A stretch of DNA of 30,344 bases from Polyangiaceae bacterium. GTDB taxonomy: Bacteria; Myxococcota_A; Polyangia; Polyangiales; Polyangiaceae. The position numbers and the translations under genes are program-made. Positions 17,036 to 30,166 of the stretch are shown here, one piece after another. Under the pieces are notes generated by a model. That model had not been told where the DNA came from. It did not search any database and saw only the letters and a list, made by a program, of their open reading frames with translations. How positions within the stretch are numbered: position 1 is the stretch's first letter; each line of letters starts with the position of its first letter. The stretch covers positions 1 to 30,344 of the forward strand of contig DATJEQ010000307.1 of NCBI GenBank assembly GCA_035496495.1. Reading direction: 5' to 3'.

Positions 17036-19678
17036 ATGCGCCCAGAACGCATGACCACCAAGAGCCAGGAAGCAATTCGTGACGCCCTCAGCCTCGCGCA
17101 GCGACGCGGGCATCCGGAGTTGGTGCCGGAGCATCTGCTGTTGGCGGTGATAGAACAGGACGGGGGAATTGGCGGTCCGTTGCTCGAGCGTGCTGGCGCC
17201 AAAGTCGGCACCTTGGTCTTGGATCTGCAGGAACGGCTCAATGGTTTGCCTCAAGTATCGGGTGGTGCAGCGCCGAATTTGGGCCGCCGTGCCAACACGT
17301 TGTTTGAGGCGGCTGAGAATGAAGCGAAGAAGCTGAAAGACGATTTTGTCTCTGTCGAGCACTTCTTGCTCGCGGCCAGCAAAGATAAAGACATCAAGGC
17401 CGTCTTTGATCGCCACAAGTTGACTCACGACGCACTCTTATCGGCGCTCACCCAGATCCGCGGATCGCAACGCGTGACCGATCAAGATCCGGAACAGAAG
17501 TTTCAGGCGCTCGAAAAGTACACTCGGGATCTCACCGCACTGGCGCGGCGCAGCAAGATTGACCCCGTGATCGGTCGCGATGAGGAAATTCGTCGCGTGA
17601 TGCAGGTGCTGACGCGTCGCACTAAGAACAATCCGGTGTTGATCGGCGAACCTGGCGTAGGAAAGACGGCCATTGCTGAAGGCATTGCTCAGCGCATTGC
17701 CAATGGCGATGTGCCGGAATCGCTGAAAGACAAGCGACTGCTCGCGCTCGACTTAGCAGCGTTGGTTGCCGGTGCGAAATTCCGTGGTGAGTTCGAAGAG
17801 CGGCTGAAGGCGGTGCTCAAGGAAGTCGAAGGTGCGGCGGGCACCATCATTCTGTTCATCGATGAACTGCACACACTGGTGGGTGCCGGCTCCGCCGAAG
17901 GATCGATGGACGCCGCGAACATGCTCAAGCCAGCGCTGGCGCGCGGCGAATTGAAGGCCATTGGCGCGACCACGCTCGATGAGTACCGCAAGCGTATTGA
18001 GAAGGATGCCGCGCTTGAACGCCGTTTCCAACCGGTGTTCGTGGATCAACCGAGCGTGGAAGCCACGATAGCGATCTTGCGCGGCCTTAAGCCTAAGTAC
18101 GAAACACATCACGGAATTCGCATTCAAGATCCGGCGCTGATCGCTGCGGCTACACTCAGCCATCGCTACATCACCGACCGCTTTCTACCCGACAAGGCCA
18201 TCGATTTGGTGGATGAAGCCGCCAGCAAGCTCAAGATGGAAATCGACAGCCTGCCGTTCGAAATCGACCAATTCGAACGCCGTTTGATCCAGCTGAAGGT
18301 CGAAGAGCAGGCGCTCAAGCGCGAGCGCGACAAAGGGTCACAGTCTCGCCTTGTGGAACTGCAACGCGAGGTGGCGGAACTGACCACAGAGCGCGACGCC
18401 GCCCGTGCGCAGTGGATGCGCGAAAAAGAAATCATCTCGAAAATCCAAACGCGGCAGCAAGAGCTGGAGGAGCTGAAGGGCCAGGAAGATCAAGCGCGCC
18501 GCAGTGCGGATCTCGGCAAGGCCGCAGAGATCCTTTACGGCAAGATCCCGCAAACAGAGAAAGACATCATCAAGTTGCGCGAAGAGTTGACGCAGGTGCA
18601 GAAGAAGAGCGCTTACTTGAAGGAGGAAGTCACGGAAGAAGACATCGCTGCGGTCGTGTCCAAGTGGACGGGTGTACCCGTGAGCAAGATGCTCGAAGGC
18701 GAGATGCACAAGCTTCTGACCATGGAAGAGAAGCTCAAGCTGCGCGTCGTGGGCCAAGATGAGGCGTTGCGCGCGGTGGCTAATGCGGTACGCCGCTCGC
18801 GCGCCGGGCTCGGGGAAGAGCGCCGCCCCATCGGCTCGTTCTTGTTCCTGGGCCCCACAGGCGTCGGCAAGACGGAGACCGCGCGGGCCCTGGCGGAGTT
18901 TTTGTTCGATGACGAGCGCGCGATGATCCGCATCGACATGAGCGAATACATGGAGCGACACACCGTGTCGCGTTTGGTGGGTGCACCGCCAGGCTACGTC
19001 GGTTACGAGGAAGGTGGGCAGCTCACGGAGCCGGTGCGCCGGCGTCCGTACAGCGTGATCTTGTTCGACGAGGTCGAAAAGGCGCACCCTGACGTCTTCA
19101 ATACCCTGTTGCAGATCTTGGACGACGGTCGACTCACCGACGGTCAAGGTCGCACCGTCGACTTCACAAACACGGTGATCATCCTCACCAGCAACATCGC
19201 CTCAGCGGAATTGAGCGAAGTGGAAGAACGCAGGGACTTGGACGCTTCTCAAAAAGGGGCGCTGATGCGCGAAGTGTCAGCCACCGCACTGCGCCAAGTG
19301 TTCCGCCCCGAGTTCATCAATCGACTGGACGAGATTGCCCTCTATCGCAGGCTGGCGCGCGAACAGATCCGCAGCATTGTCGATATCCAATTGGCGGCTC
19401 TGGAGAAGCGGCTTTCGCGGCGCGACCTCAAGCTGTCCGTTTCGACGGCCGCGAAAGATCGCTTGGCGAATCTGGGCTGGGATCCGCAATACGGCGCCCG
19501 GCCGCTCAAGCGGGCGATTCAAAAGAACCTGGAGGACAAACTCGCTGAGCGGGTGCTTGCCGGGGCTTTCGTCGCCGGTACCACGGTGCAGGTCGATGTG
19601 GAAGGCGACGCGCTGACGTTGGCTCAGCTGCAAGAAGGCGACGCACCAAAGCGTGGCACGAACGCCGCGCTAAACTAG
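17036..19678 (+). CDS. clpB: ATP-dependent disaggregase ClpB
   Basis: Two AAA+ modules (GEPGVGKT and GPTGVGKT), a coiled-coil middle domain, [13 protein letters not shown] and [11 protein letters not shown] 17036 follows the RBS GGAAGGA. Confidence 0.96.
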   Translation: MRPERMTTKSQEAIRDALSLAQRRGHPELVPEHLLLAVIEQDGGIGGPLLERAGAKVGTLVLDLQERLNGLPQVSGGAAPNLGRRANTLFEAAENEAKKLKDDFVSVEHFLLAASKDKDIKAVFDRHKLTHDALLSALTQIRGSQRVTDQDPEQKFQALEKYTRDLTALARRSKIDPVIGRDEEIRRVMQVLTRRTKNNPVLIGEPGVGKTAIAEGIAQRIANGDVPESLKDKRLLALDLAALVAGAKFRGEFEERLKAVLKEVEGAAGTIILFIDELHTLVGAGSAEGSMDAANMLKPALARGELKAIGATTLDEYRKRIEKDAALERRFQPVFVDQPSVEATIAILRGLKPKYETHHGIRIQDPALIAAATLSHRYITDRFLPDKAIDLVDEAASKLKMEIDSLPFEIDQFERRLIQLKVEEQALKRERDKGSQSRLVELQREVAELTTERDAARAQWMREKEIISKIQTRQQELEELKGQEDQARRSADLGKAAEILYGKIPQTEKDIIKLREELTQVQKKSAYLKEEVTEEDIAAVVSKWTGVPVSKMLEGEMHKLLTMEEKLKLRVVGQDEALRAVANAVRRSRAGLGEERRPIGSFLFLGPTGVGKTETARALAEFLFDDERAMIRIDMSEYMERHTVSRLVGAPPGYVGYEEGGQLTEPVRRRPYSVILFDEVEKAHPDVFNTLLQILDDGRLTDGQGRTVDFTNTVIILTSNIASAELSEVEERRDLDASQKGALMREVSATALRQVFRPEFINRLDEIALYRRLAREQIRSIVDIQLAALEKRLSRRDLKLSVSTAAKDRLANLGWDPQYGARPLKRAIQKNLEDKLAERVLAGAFVAGTTVQVDVEGDALTLAQLQEGDAPKRGTNAALN

Positions 19679-19758
19679 AGCCGCTGCAGCTCGATTCAAA
19701 ACGTCTGGCATATTTCCGGGCTCCTGTGACAGGCTGCGCCGCGAAAGGCCAGGCGTCC

Positions 19759-20460
19759 GTGCACTTCGACTTCGCGAGCTTCGCTGTCTGGTTTTTGGCG
19801 TTTCTATTCAGCACGACGTGTCACGAGGCCGCGCACGCCTGGGCCGCCTATAAAGGGGGCGATACCACCGCCTATGAGGGTGGGCAGGTCACGCTCGATC
19901 CGCTGCCGCACATTCGTCGCGAGCCTTTCGGGATGCTGCTTGCGCCTTTGCTCTCTTATTATTGGTGGGGGTGGATGATGGGCTGGGCCTCGGCCCCCTA
20001 CGATCCAAATTGGGGCAGGAGACACCCGCGGCGTTGGGCGCTGATGGCGTTGGCCGGCCCAATGGCGAATTTGGCGTTAGCCGTGATCGCTTTCGTTGCG
20101 ATCAAGGTGCTGCTGGGAATGGGGATTTTTCAGGTGCCCTCCCATTTCGATTTGTTCTCCAACTTGGTTGAGCCGGCGGGTGAAGTGGCGGCACGTTCCC
20201 CGCTGCGTGCCATTTCAATGCTGCTCAGTGTGATGCTGAGCTTGAACGTAATGTTGACGTTGTTTAATCTGATGCCCGTGCTGCCGCTCGACGGCGCGTC
20301 TGTGTTACAGGGTTTGTTCCCGAACAGCTTGGGAAAGCTGTACGATTCCATGCGCGGCACGCCGATGATCGAGCTGCTCGGTCTACTGATCGCCTGGAAT
20401 CTATTCCCTCACCTTTCGAGGCCGGCGTTTCAGATCCTGTTGCGATTGGTGTACGGTTGA
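19759..20460 (+). CDS. Site-2 protease family (M50) membrane metalloprotease
   Basis: HEAAH zinc motif, ALAGP and FNLMPVLPLDG. GTG 19759 is preferred (AAAGG upstream); the ORF track starts at 19726. Confidence 0.9.
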   Translation: MHFDFASFAVWFLAFLFSTTCHEAAHAWAAYKGGDTTAYEGGQVTLDPLPHIRREPFGMLLAPLLSYYWWGWMMGWASAPYDPNWGRRHPRRWALMALAGPMANLALAVIAFVAIKVLLGMGIFQVPSHFDLFSNLVEPAGEVAARSPLRAISMLLSVMLSLNVMLTLFNLMPVLPLDGASVLQGLFPNSLGKLYDSMRGTPMIELLGLLIAWNLFPHLSRPAFQILLRLVYG

Positions 20461-20477
20461 TGGTGTTCACAACGCCG

Positions 20478-21701
20478 CTAGCCCAGCGCTCGGCGTACTA
20501 ACATCAGCGCACTGTAAGCTGCGTGCAACCTCACTTGATCACGCGACCGTGGGAATTGGGTTTGCGACAGCATGACGCCCGCGGGCGTGGCCACGGCGTA
20601 GTGAACTAGACCCACCGGCTTTTCACTGCTGCCTCCACTGGGCCCAGCAATGCCGGTGACCGCGAGCCCCACGTCCGCGCCGAGCACGCGACGGGCCCCC
20701 AAAGCCATTTGCTCTGCGACTTCCGCGCTGACGGCTCCCTTGTCGCGAAGCAAATCGGGATTCACCCCTAAAACCTGCTCTTTGATCTGATTGGCGTAAC
20801 ACACGACGCTGCCGAGAAAATAGTCACTCGCGGGGCGTTCGCACACCAAATGCGAAATCAAGCCACCTGTGCATGATTCAGCTAGGCCCAAAGTCAGCCC
20901 GCGGGCGCTCAGCAACCGGCCGACACTTTGAGCCAGGGTGACATCGCCCTCGGCGAATACGATTTGCCCCAGCCGCTCACGCACGACGCGGGCGGCCCCG
21001 TTCGCTCGCTCTTCGGCACTGCTCTGGCTTGCATCGCGGGCAAGCACTTTGACTTCGATTTCCGGAAAATGTGCGCGGTAGCCCAACGTGACGGCGAATT
21101 GCTCTTCTACCCCGGTCAGCAATTCCCCCACCGCCGCTTCTGCCATCCCGAATGTTTTCAGGCGCACTTGGTGTTCGCCGCCCTGCACCAACGACGCCAA
21201 CTGCGGCCGAATCGAGCACTCGAACATCGGCTTCATCTCAGCGGGTACGCCCGGCACAAAGAAAGCCAGGGCTTTGCCAATAGTCACGGAAAATCCCGGC
21301 GCAGTGCCCACCTCATTGGGCAATGGGTGCGCCCCTTGCGGAAAATCGAGTTGCTTGATGTTAGATTCGTAAAAGGTGCGCCCCGCTTGAACGAATCGCT
21401 GTTTGAGCGCAGCAACACCGGCTTCATCGCGCACCAAAGGAACGGAAAGCAGTTTTGCAACACAAGCACTGGTGATGTCGTCCGTGGTTGGCCCCAGGCC
21501 GCCCGTCGATATGACCAGATCGTAGCGCTGCCCCAAGCGCGTGAGCGCGGCGATGATCTCTTTTTCGTCATCGGCCACCGCGAGCGTCTCCACAACTTCA
21601 TGGCGCAAAGCCGTGAGCTGCTCGCACAACCACGTCGCGTTCGTATTCACGATTTCACCGCGCACAAGTTCGGTGCCAACGCAAAGAACAGCGGCGGTCA
21701 T
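20478..21701 (-). CDS. cinA: Competence/damage-inducible protein CinA (MoCF-like domain plus PncC NMN deamidase)
   Basis: VGTELVRGEIVNTN, TGGLGPTTDD, PGVPAEM and C-terminal AESCTGG, GAVSAEVA, TGIAGPSGG, KPVGLV. Confidence 0.94.
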   Translation of the reverse strand: MTAAVLCVGTELVRGEIVNTNATWLCEQLTALRHEVVETLAVADDEKEIIAALTRLGQRYDLVISTGGLGPTTDDITSACVAKLLSVPLVRDEAGVAALKQRFVQAGRTFYESNIKQLDFPQGAHPLPNEVGTAPGFSVTIGKALAFFVPGVPAEMKPMFECSIRPQLASLVQGGEHQVRLKTFGMAEAAVGELLTGVEEQFAVTLGYRAHFPEIEVKVLARDASQSSAEERANGAARVVRERLGQIVFAEGDVTLAQSVGRLLSARGLTLGLAESCTGGLISHLVCERPASDYFLGSVVCYANQIKEQVLGVNPDLLRDKGAVSAEVAEQMALGARRVLGADVGLAVTGIAGPSGGSSEKPVGLVHYAVATPAGVMLSQTQFPRSRDQVRLHAAYSALMLVRRALG

Positions 21702-21709
21702 GGGCTGCT

Positions 21710-21718
21710 AAGATACCA
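21710..21718 (-). promoter_or_regulatory. Putative extended -10 promoter (possibly leaderless) for cinA
   Basis: On the minus strand, TGG-TATCTT lies 8 nt before ATG 21701, with no Shine-Dalgarno sequence. Confidence 0.35.
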
Positions 21719-21719
21719 G

Positions 21720-22625
21720 CTAGTTGCGGTCGTACACGCAACGAAAACCAATGTGTGAGGAGGGGCCGTTTGCTGCCTCGCTGGCCCATGTTTTCAGTTG
21801 CCCCGCGACAGTGGAGAGGAATGAGCCACCGCGCGCCAAGTGGCCTTGTGGCTCCACTGTCCACTCTGCGACGTTGCCGGCCAGATCCAACGTGCCTTCC
21901 GGCGTGGCGCCGTCGGGCCGCGATCCGGCGAGCTCGGGGGAATTGGCCCCGTGCGCACAGGGCCCATGCGCGAGCCCAAAAGCGGCCCTGCGACACACAA
22001 GGCCGGTGGAGCCCCAGGGGAAGCGCCGACCCTCGGTGCCCGCGGCTGCAAAGATCCACTCGTCTCCGCTGGGCAAGCGACCTCCCGCTGCGCCGCACAG
22101 GGCGGCGGCTTTCTGCGGCGCAATGTTCGTGATCGGTGTGCCTGCCTCTGGAGGTGCGGCCGGGAAAGCAAGAATGTTCGGGTCGCATTGATGAGCGGCG
22201 ATGCAATCGCTGTAACGCCCCCACGTGTATTCAATGTTGTCGATGGTGAACGCATGCACCGTGATGGTGCGCGGCGCAAACAAGCCTTCGGTCTCCCAAT
22301 CCGCTGGCGCGAGCGTGATCGTGCCGCCCGCAATATTGATCCGTTGTGCAACGGCCGCGCATTGCTCAGAGCCAGCGACGTTCTTCATGGACATGTTTTG
22401 AGGGCAGCCCACCGCATTCCCAATGCAGAGTCCGTGATCTTCACGCTCCCCCGCAGGGCAACAGCGCGAGGCAGTGGGCAATAGCCCCAGGGGGCAGCGA
22501 TCCGGCGCGGGCGGTCTAACATCGGCCAGCAACCACGCCATGACACCACAGCCCACAACAATGACCAAGCAGCCAGCGATCACAAGCGTGCGTCGCGAAT
22601 ACGAACGGCTGCGCGATGGGCTCAC
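21720..22625 (-). CDS. Formylglycine-generating-enzyme (SUMF1/FGE-sulfatase) fold protein, membrane-anchored, probably non-catalytic
   Basis: GRLPSGDEWIFAA, RRFPWG, DLAGNVAEW, RGGSF and IGFRC. It has an N-terminal TM segment and a Cys-rich linker. Confidence 0.85.
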   Translation of the reverse strand: MSPSRSRSYSRRTLVIAGCLVIVVGCGVMAWLLADVRPPAPDRCPLGLLPTASRCCPAGEREDHGLCIGNAVGCPQNMSMKNVAGSEQCAAVAQRINIAGGTITLAPADWETEGLFAPRTITVHAFTIDNIEYTWGRYSDCIAAHQCDPNILAFPAAPPEAGTPITNIAPQKAAALCGAAGGRLPSGDEWIFAAAGTEGRRFPWGSTGLVCRRAAFGLAHGPCAHGANSPELAGSRPDGATPEGTLDLAGNVAEWTVEPQGHLARGGSFLSTVAGQLKTWASEAANGPSSHIGFRCVYDRN

Positions 22626-22630
22626 GGAGT

Positions 22631-23401
22631 TCAGCCAGCAACGACAGGGAACGACAGATCCCCAATCTGTGAAATGCTCACCACAATCTCATCCCCAGGA
22701 TTCATGGGGCCTACCCCGTGTGGCGTGCCGGTTGAGATCAAATCGCCTGGCTCCAAGGTCATCACGCTGGAGATGTGGGCGATCAGCTGCGCCACATCGA
22801 AGATCATGTCTTTCGTGTTGCCGTCTTGCTTGATTTCGCCATTCTGTCGCAGCTGCACAGCAACCGAATTGGGATTCAAGCCCTGCACGACCCAAGGCCC
22901 CACAGGGCAGAAGGTGTCAAAGCCTTTGGCGCGCGTCCATTGTCCGTCTTTCTCTTGCAGATCGCGTGCGGTCACGTCGCACACCACTGTGTAGCCAAAG
23001 ACAAAGGAGAGCGCTTCGGCCACCGTGACGTTGCGCGCTCGCTTGCCCATCACCACGCCCAACTCTGCTTCGTAGTCCACGCGCGCACTCTGCGGCGGTA
23101 GCAGCACGGCGTTTTTCGGCCCTTGCAGTGAAGAAGGCGGCTTCAAAAAAATCAGCGGCTCTTTCGGCAGATCGTGCCCCAGCTCCGCAGCGTGCGCGCG
23201 GTAGTTGCGCCCAATGCACACGATCTTGCTGGGCTCCACTGGGCACAACACAGTCACTTCGCTCAGCCGAGCAGTTTGCCCTGTGGGCTTTCCACCTGAC
23301 CACGGCGCGGCAGAGAGAAGGGCAACTCGGTCTTCGTTTTCTAACGCGCCATAGTGAGCGCCACTTGCTGTTCGTATCCGGAGATAACTAGCTGTATTCA
23401 T
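22631..23401 (-). CDS. Fumarylacetoacetate hydrolase family protein
   Basis: [33 protein letters not shown]-like [18 protein letters not shown] and [12 protein letters not shown] 23401 is preferred (GTG 23413 is also possible). Confidence 0.92.
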   Translation of the reverse strand: MNTASYLRIRTASGAHYGALENEDRVALLSAAPWSGGKPTGQTARLSEVTVLCPVEPSKIVCIGRNYRAHAAELGHDLPKEPLIFLKPPSSLQGPKNAVLLPPQSARVDYEAELGVVMGKRARNVTVAEALSFVFGYTVVCDVTARDLQEKDGQWTRAKGFDTFCPVGPWVVQGLNPNSVAVQLRQNGEIKQDGNTKDMIFDVAQLIAHISSVMTLEPGDLISTGTPHGVGPMNPGDEIVVSISQIGDLSFPVVAG

Positions 23402-23409
23402 AGAGACTT

Positions 23410-26540
<3,131 letters not shown>

Positions 26541-27272
26541 ATGCCCTCTCCCATGCCCGTACCCGCTCCTGCGGCTGCGGAGGCGCTCAGGAAGACGGCC
26601 AGCACGCCGTGGACGGATCTGGCGCTCACATTGCCCATCTTCGTCGTCTACCACCTGGGCGTTGTGTGGTTACCTCAGCGCAATGCGGCGGATTGGGTGA
26701 CTTTCCAATTGGTGCGGCTCGCCGAACAAGATTTGTGGGCTTACGCAGGGCTCACGCTGTCCATCGCCTTGGTCTACGTGGGCCTCTTGGTGCTGGCGGG
26801 GCGTGGTCAGGCGTTGCATTGGGGCCGCTTCGTGTGGCTGTTCACTGAAGCCGTCACCTACGCGGTTGCCATGCGCTTGGTAGCTTCTTACGTCGTGGGG
26901 CGGGTGCTCATGGCGGCGATGCCAGAGATGGGGCTGATCCCCACCGCGATCATGAGCCTGGGCGCTGGGTTCTACGAAGAGATCGCGTTTCGCGTCGTGC
27001 TTTTTGGTTTGGGTTTCAAGCTGGTAAAATTGCTGTTCACCGGTGCCGGTGCCCTCAAGCGCTTGCTGCTCGGTATGGCTTGGGCACTGCTGTGCTCGCT
27101 GGTGTTCAGCGGTTGGCACCATGTGGGCGAAATGGCCGATCCGTTCGATCTGCGTATCTTTCTCTTCCGCACCGTGTGCGGTTTGGTGTTCACGTTGATC
27201 TACACCTTTCGCGGATTTGCTCCCGCAGTGTGGACCCACGCGCTGTACGACTTGTGGGTGCTGCTGCTCTAA
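26541..27272 (+). CDS. CPBP-family (CAAX protease/Abi/Rce1-like) intramembrane glutamic protease
   Basis: Motif 1 EEIAFR (EExxxR), motif 2 FSGWH (FxxxH) and motif 3 HALYD. It is polytopic, and its ATG directly follows the upstream TAA. Confidence 0.85.
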   Translation: MPSPMPVPAPAAAEALRKTASTPWTDLALTLPIFVVYHLGVVWLPQRNAADWVTFQLVRLAEQDLWAYAGLTLSIALVYVGLLVLAGRGQALHWGRFVWLFTEAVTYAVAMRLVASYVVGRVLMAAMPEMGLIPTAIMSLGAGFYEEIAFRVVLFGLGFKLVKLLFTGAGALKRLLLGMAWALLCSLVFSGWHHVGEMADPFDLRIFLFRTVCGLVFTLIYTFRGFAPAVWTHALYDLWVLLL

Positions 27273-27294
27273 TGCGCCGCGGCCGAGGTCCCCG

Positions 27295-28053
27295 CTAAGG
27301 CTGAAGTCGTGTGCACAGCATGAAGCGCTCCAGGTTGCCCTTGGGCCCCCGCAAGCGCGAATCGCACTCTGCCTTTATTGCGAAACCGGCGCTCCCGAGT
27401 TGCCTACGAACGCCCGCGAGCACTTGCTCGCGCACCCCGTCGTCGCTGATCACTCCTTTGCCTTCGCGTGCTTGCTGGGGGCCCGCTTCAAATTGCGGTT
27501 TGATCATGGCCAGCATTCGACCACTCGGCTTGAGAATACGAACAATTGCGGGAAGCAGCTTCTCAATGCCAATGAACGACGCGTCCACGACGACCAAGTC
27601 AATTTCCTCTTCGAAGTCATTCAGTTGCAGGTGTCGCGCATTGATCCGCTCGCGCACCACCACGCGTGGATCATGGCGCAGCTTGTGCGCGAGTTGCCCC
27701 TGGCCAACATCCACGGCGTAGATCTTGCGCGCTCCATGTTGCAGCAAACAATCCGTGAAGCCCCCGGTGGAGGCGCCCACGTCGACGCACACCCAAGACT
27801 CAATCGTGAACGGCAGATCCTCGAGCGCGCCCTGCAGCTTGTTGCCGCCGCGAGAGACGTAGCGATCCGGCTCGCGCACGGTGAGCGCCTCTTCAGCGCC
27901 GATCATTTCGCCCGCTTTTTGAATGGATCGATCGGCGCTGCACACGCGTCCCGCCAAGATCAGTGCTTGGGCTTTGCTGCGCGAGTCGACCAAGCCGCGT
28001 TCAACCAACGCCAGATCGGCTCTCAACTTGGGTGATATCGCTGGTTTCCCCAT
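27295..28053 (-). CDS. tlyA: TlyA-family rRNA 2'-O-methyltransferase
   Basis: S4 domain RADLALVERGL...SRSKAQALI, YVSRGG, DVGASTGGFTD, AVDVG, DASFI, KPQFEAG and GPKGN. Confidence 0.94.
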   Translation of the reverse strand: MGKPAISPKLRADLALVERGLVDSRSKAQALILAGRVCSADRSIQKAGEMIGAEEALTVREPDRYVSRGGNKLQGALEDLPFTIESWVCVDVGASTGGFTDCLLQHGARKIYAVDVGQGQLAHKLRHDPRVVVRERINARHLQLNDFEEEIDLVVVDASFIGIEKLLPAIVRILKPSGRMLAMIKPQFEAGPQQAREGKGVISDDGVREQVLAGVRRQLGSAGFAIKAECDSRLRGPKGNLERFMLCTRLQP

Positions 28054-28411
28054 GAGTGCTTACTAAAGCCCCTATGGATTTATTGCTGCCGATAGGCAGA
28101 GGGGAGAAAATTACTCACGACGCTGTAACCCAAACGCCGCTGACCGGGTCGATAGTAATGCAAGGTGGGATTGAGCGGTAACTGTCAGGAATGAGTTAGG
28201 AAAGGGTGGCTATATAACGCGGCGCGTTAGCAAGGATTTTTCCCAATCCGAAAAGATCTGGAAATATGCCCCCCGTTGATGAACAAGGGCGTCCAACATC
28301 TTGGCGCTCGAAACAGAAAACCAGGCCGGTAATCGAGGCACAATGACTCAATCGATGGGTCTCAACCCGGCAGTGTCGAGTCGACAGGAATCATTAGGAG
28401 GAAGCAGGAAC

Positions 28412-29221
28412 ATGTTGCGAACCATGACTTCAATCAAATTGGGCGTTCTCAGTTCAGTGGCTGTGTTGGCCGCGAGTGGTGTGTGCTTCGCGCAGGATCC
28501 AGCTCCTGCCGCCGCCGCCCCCGCCCCGGCACCCGCAGCTGAGGCGAGTGCAAGTGGGACGGCAGACATGGGCATGGCGACGCCAGCTCCGGCACCCGCA
28601 GCAGCGGCGGCCCCCGGTGGTTCTGACCACGATCAAATGGCCGGTCGCTTGGCGATTGGTTACCTGGGCAAGTCCACCATGGGCTTGCGCGCCGTCAATG
28701 ACACCGTGGCGCCAGTGATTGGCGTCCGTTACTGGCTGGATTCCGGCATGGGTATCGACGCCGGCTTGGGCCTGCTCATCGCTAGCTCATCCGCCAAGAA
28801 CGCGGCCGGTGCGACCGTGGATGGCCCCAGCACCACGGCGTTCATCCTGCACGGCGGTTTGCCGCTGTCGCTCGCCTCTGAAGGCTCATTCAGCTTCCAG
28901 ATCGTTCCGGAACTCAACCTGGGTATCGCCAGCGGCACCGATCACGGCGTTGCCGGCGGTCCGGACACCGACCACTCCGGGTTCTCCTTCGACATCGGCG
29001 CTCGCGCCGGCAGCGAAGTGAGCTTCGGTTTCATCGGCATTCCGCAATTGTCGCTGCAAGCTGGCATTGGGCTGTCGGTCGCGCTGCAGAGCATGACCCA
29101 CAAGTCCACCGCCCCGGGCGCAGTGGAGACCTCCGAGAGCGCCACGACCATCGGCACAACGGTCAACGGCAACCCCTGGGATATCTTCACCAGCAGCATC
29201 GCGGCGCTCTACTACTTCTAA
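28412..29221 (+). CDS. Putative outer-membrane beta-barrel protein (~8 strands) with an Ala/Pro-rich N-terminal linker
   Basis: ATG 28412 follows AGGAGG. It has a signal peptide ending VCFA-Q, alternating amphipathic strands (VIGVRYWL, GIDAGLGL, FQIVPELNLG, FDIGARAGSEV, LSLQAGIGL) and a terminal aromatic ...ALYYF. Confidence 0.75.
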   Translation: MLRTMTSIKLGVLSSVAVLAASGVCFAQDPAPAAAAPAPAPAAEASASGTADMGMATPAPAPAAAAAPGGSDHDQMAGRLAIGYLGKSTMGLRAVNDTVAPVIGVRYWLDSGMGIDAGLGLLIASSSAKNAAGATVDGPSTTAFILHGGLPLSLASEGSFSFQIVPELNLGIASGTDHGVAGGPDTDHSGFSFDIGARAGSEVSFGFIGIPQLSLQAGIGLSVALQSMTHKSTAPGAVETSESATTIGTTVNGNPWDIFTSSIAALYYF

Positions 29222-29235
29222 GTAGGCACCAAAAT

Positions 29236-29273
29236 AGGGCTTCCGGGATGCCAACTGGTTTCCCGGGAGCCCT
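29236..29273 (+). terminator. 13-bp GC-rich stem-loop after the OMP gene (terminator or stabilising hairpin)
   Basis: AGGGCTTCCGGGA (29236-29248) pairs with TCCCGGGAGCCCT (29261-29273), with one G:U pair. The downstream U-tract is weak. Confidence 0.6.
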
Positions 29274-29310
29274 TGTCGTATACTGAAGAACTTTTTGTTG
29301 GAGGTGCGGC

Positions 29311-30105
29311 ATGAAATGCACATCAGGTCTTTATGCGTTCGTGAGTGTTCTGGCGCTCGCCTGTAGCGGCAGTAGCAACAGTGGTGGCGCCGGCGGCGCC
29401 GGTGGTGGCGCGATGGCTGCACAGCAGCCCCCTCAGCAGGCCACAACGGCCTCGGGTGTGAAGCTGGGCGGTGACCCGCCTCCCAAAAATCCGGCCGGTG
29501 ATCCCAGCAATGCGTCTGGGAATGTTGCTTCATCGACCCAGCCCCCTCCATCCAACCCGTCTGAGCCGCCCGCAAGCAGCACCGACCAGTACCCCAGCGA
29601 GGGCATCGCTGGCGTGGCAGGCGGCGGCAATTGCGATGACATCTGTGCAGCAGCTGGAAAGGCGTGTCCTGAAGCGGCGAGTGCAGAAAACCAGCAGCAG
29701 TGTCGCAGCATCTGCGCGGCAGCAATGGCATCCGGCTGTTTGACTCAAATGGGCGTGCTCCTCTCATGCACGCTTGGGCTCGGTTGCGCGCAAGGGTTCG
29801 ACCACATCGACAACTCAATCGAGGCCGCATGCGGGGCCCAGATCGCTCAGGTCCAGTCCTGTGACGCGAATCTGCTCGACAGCGTCGGGGGCATGACCAC
29901 AACCGTCCAGCCCGACCAGGGTGGCGGCGCAGCGGGCGCAGGCTCAACACCGAACGATGTGATCACGCAAGCCTGCAACTCGGCCTGCCAGATCGCTGTG
30001 ATTGGCAATTGTGCTCCAGGAGGGGACCAGGCTTCCTGTGTGCAGAGTTGCACCGCACAAGGACAAGCAGGGCCCGCCGCTGTCGTGGCAGCCTGCGGTC
30101 AGTAA
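29311..30105 (+). CDS. Cys-rich lipoprotein (myxobacterial type), function unknown
   Basis: Lipobox LALAC at residue 18, a Gly/Ser/Pro linker, and two Cys clusters (10 and 6 Cys). GGAGG RBS upstream. Confidence 0.8.
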   Translation: MKCTSGLYAFVSVLALACSGSSNSGGAGGAGGGAMAAQQPPQQATTASGVKLGGDPPPKNPAGDPSNASGNVASSTQPPPSNPSEPPASSTDQYPSEGIAGVAGGGNCDDICAAAGKACPEAASAENQQQCRSICAAAMASGCLTQMGVLLSCTLGLGCAQGFDHIDNSIEAACGAQIAQVQSCDANLLDSVGGMTTTVQPDQGGGAAGAGSTPNDVITQACNSACQIAVIGNCAPGGDQASCVQSCTAQGQAGPAAVVAACGQ

Positions 30106-30120
30106 CAGCGCTCTCCGAAG

Positions 30121-30166
30121 AACAACGAGCGCGGTTCCCCCTGTGGGCGCCGCGTTCGCTGTTTTT
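30121..30166 (+). terminator. Putative rho-independent terminator
   Basis: AACAACGAGCGCGG pairs with CCGCGTTCGCTGTT (one mismatch, one G:U), followed by a T-run. It lies 15 nt after the lipoprotein stop. Confidence 0.6.
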
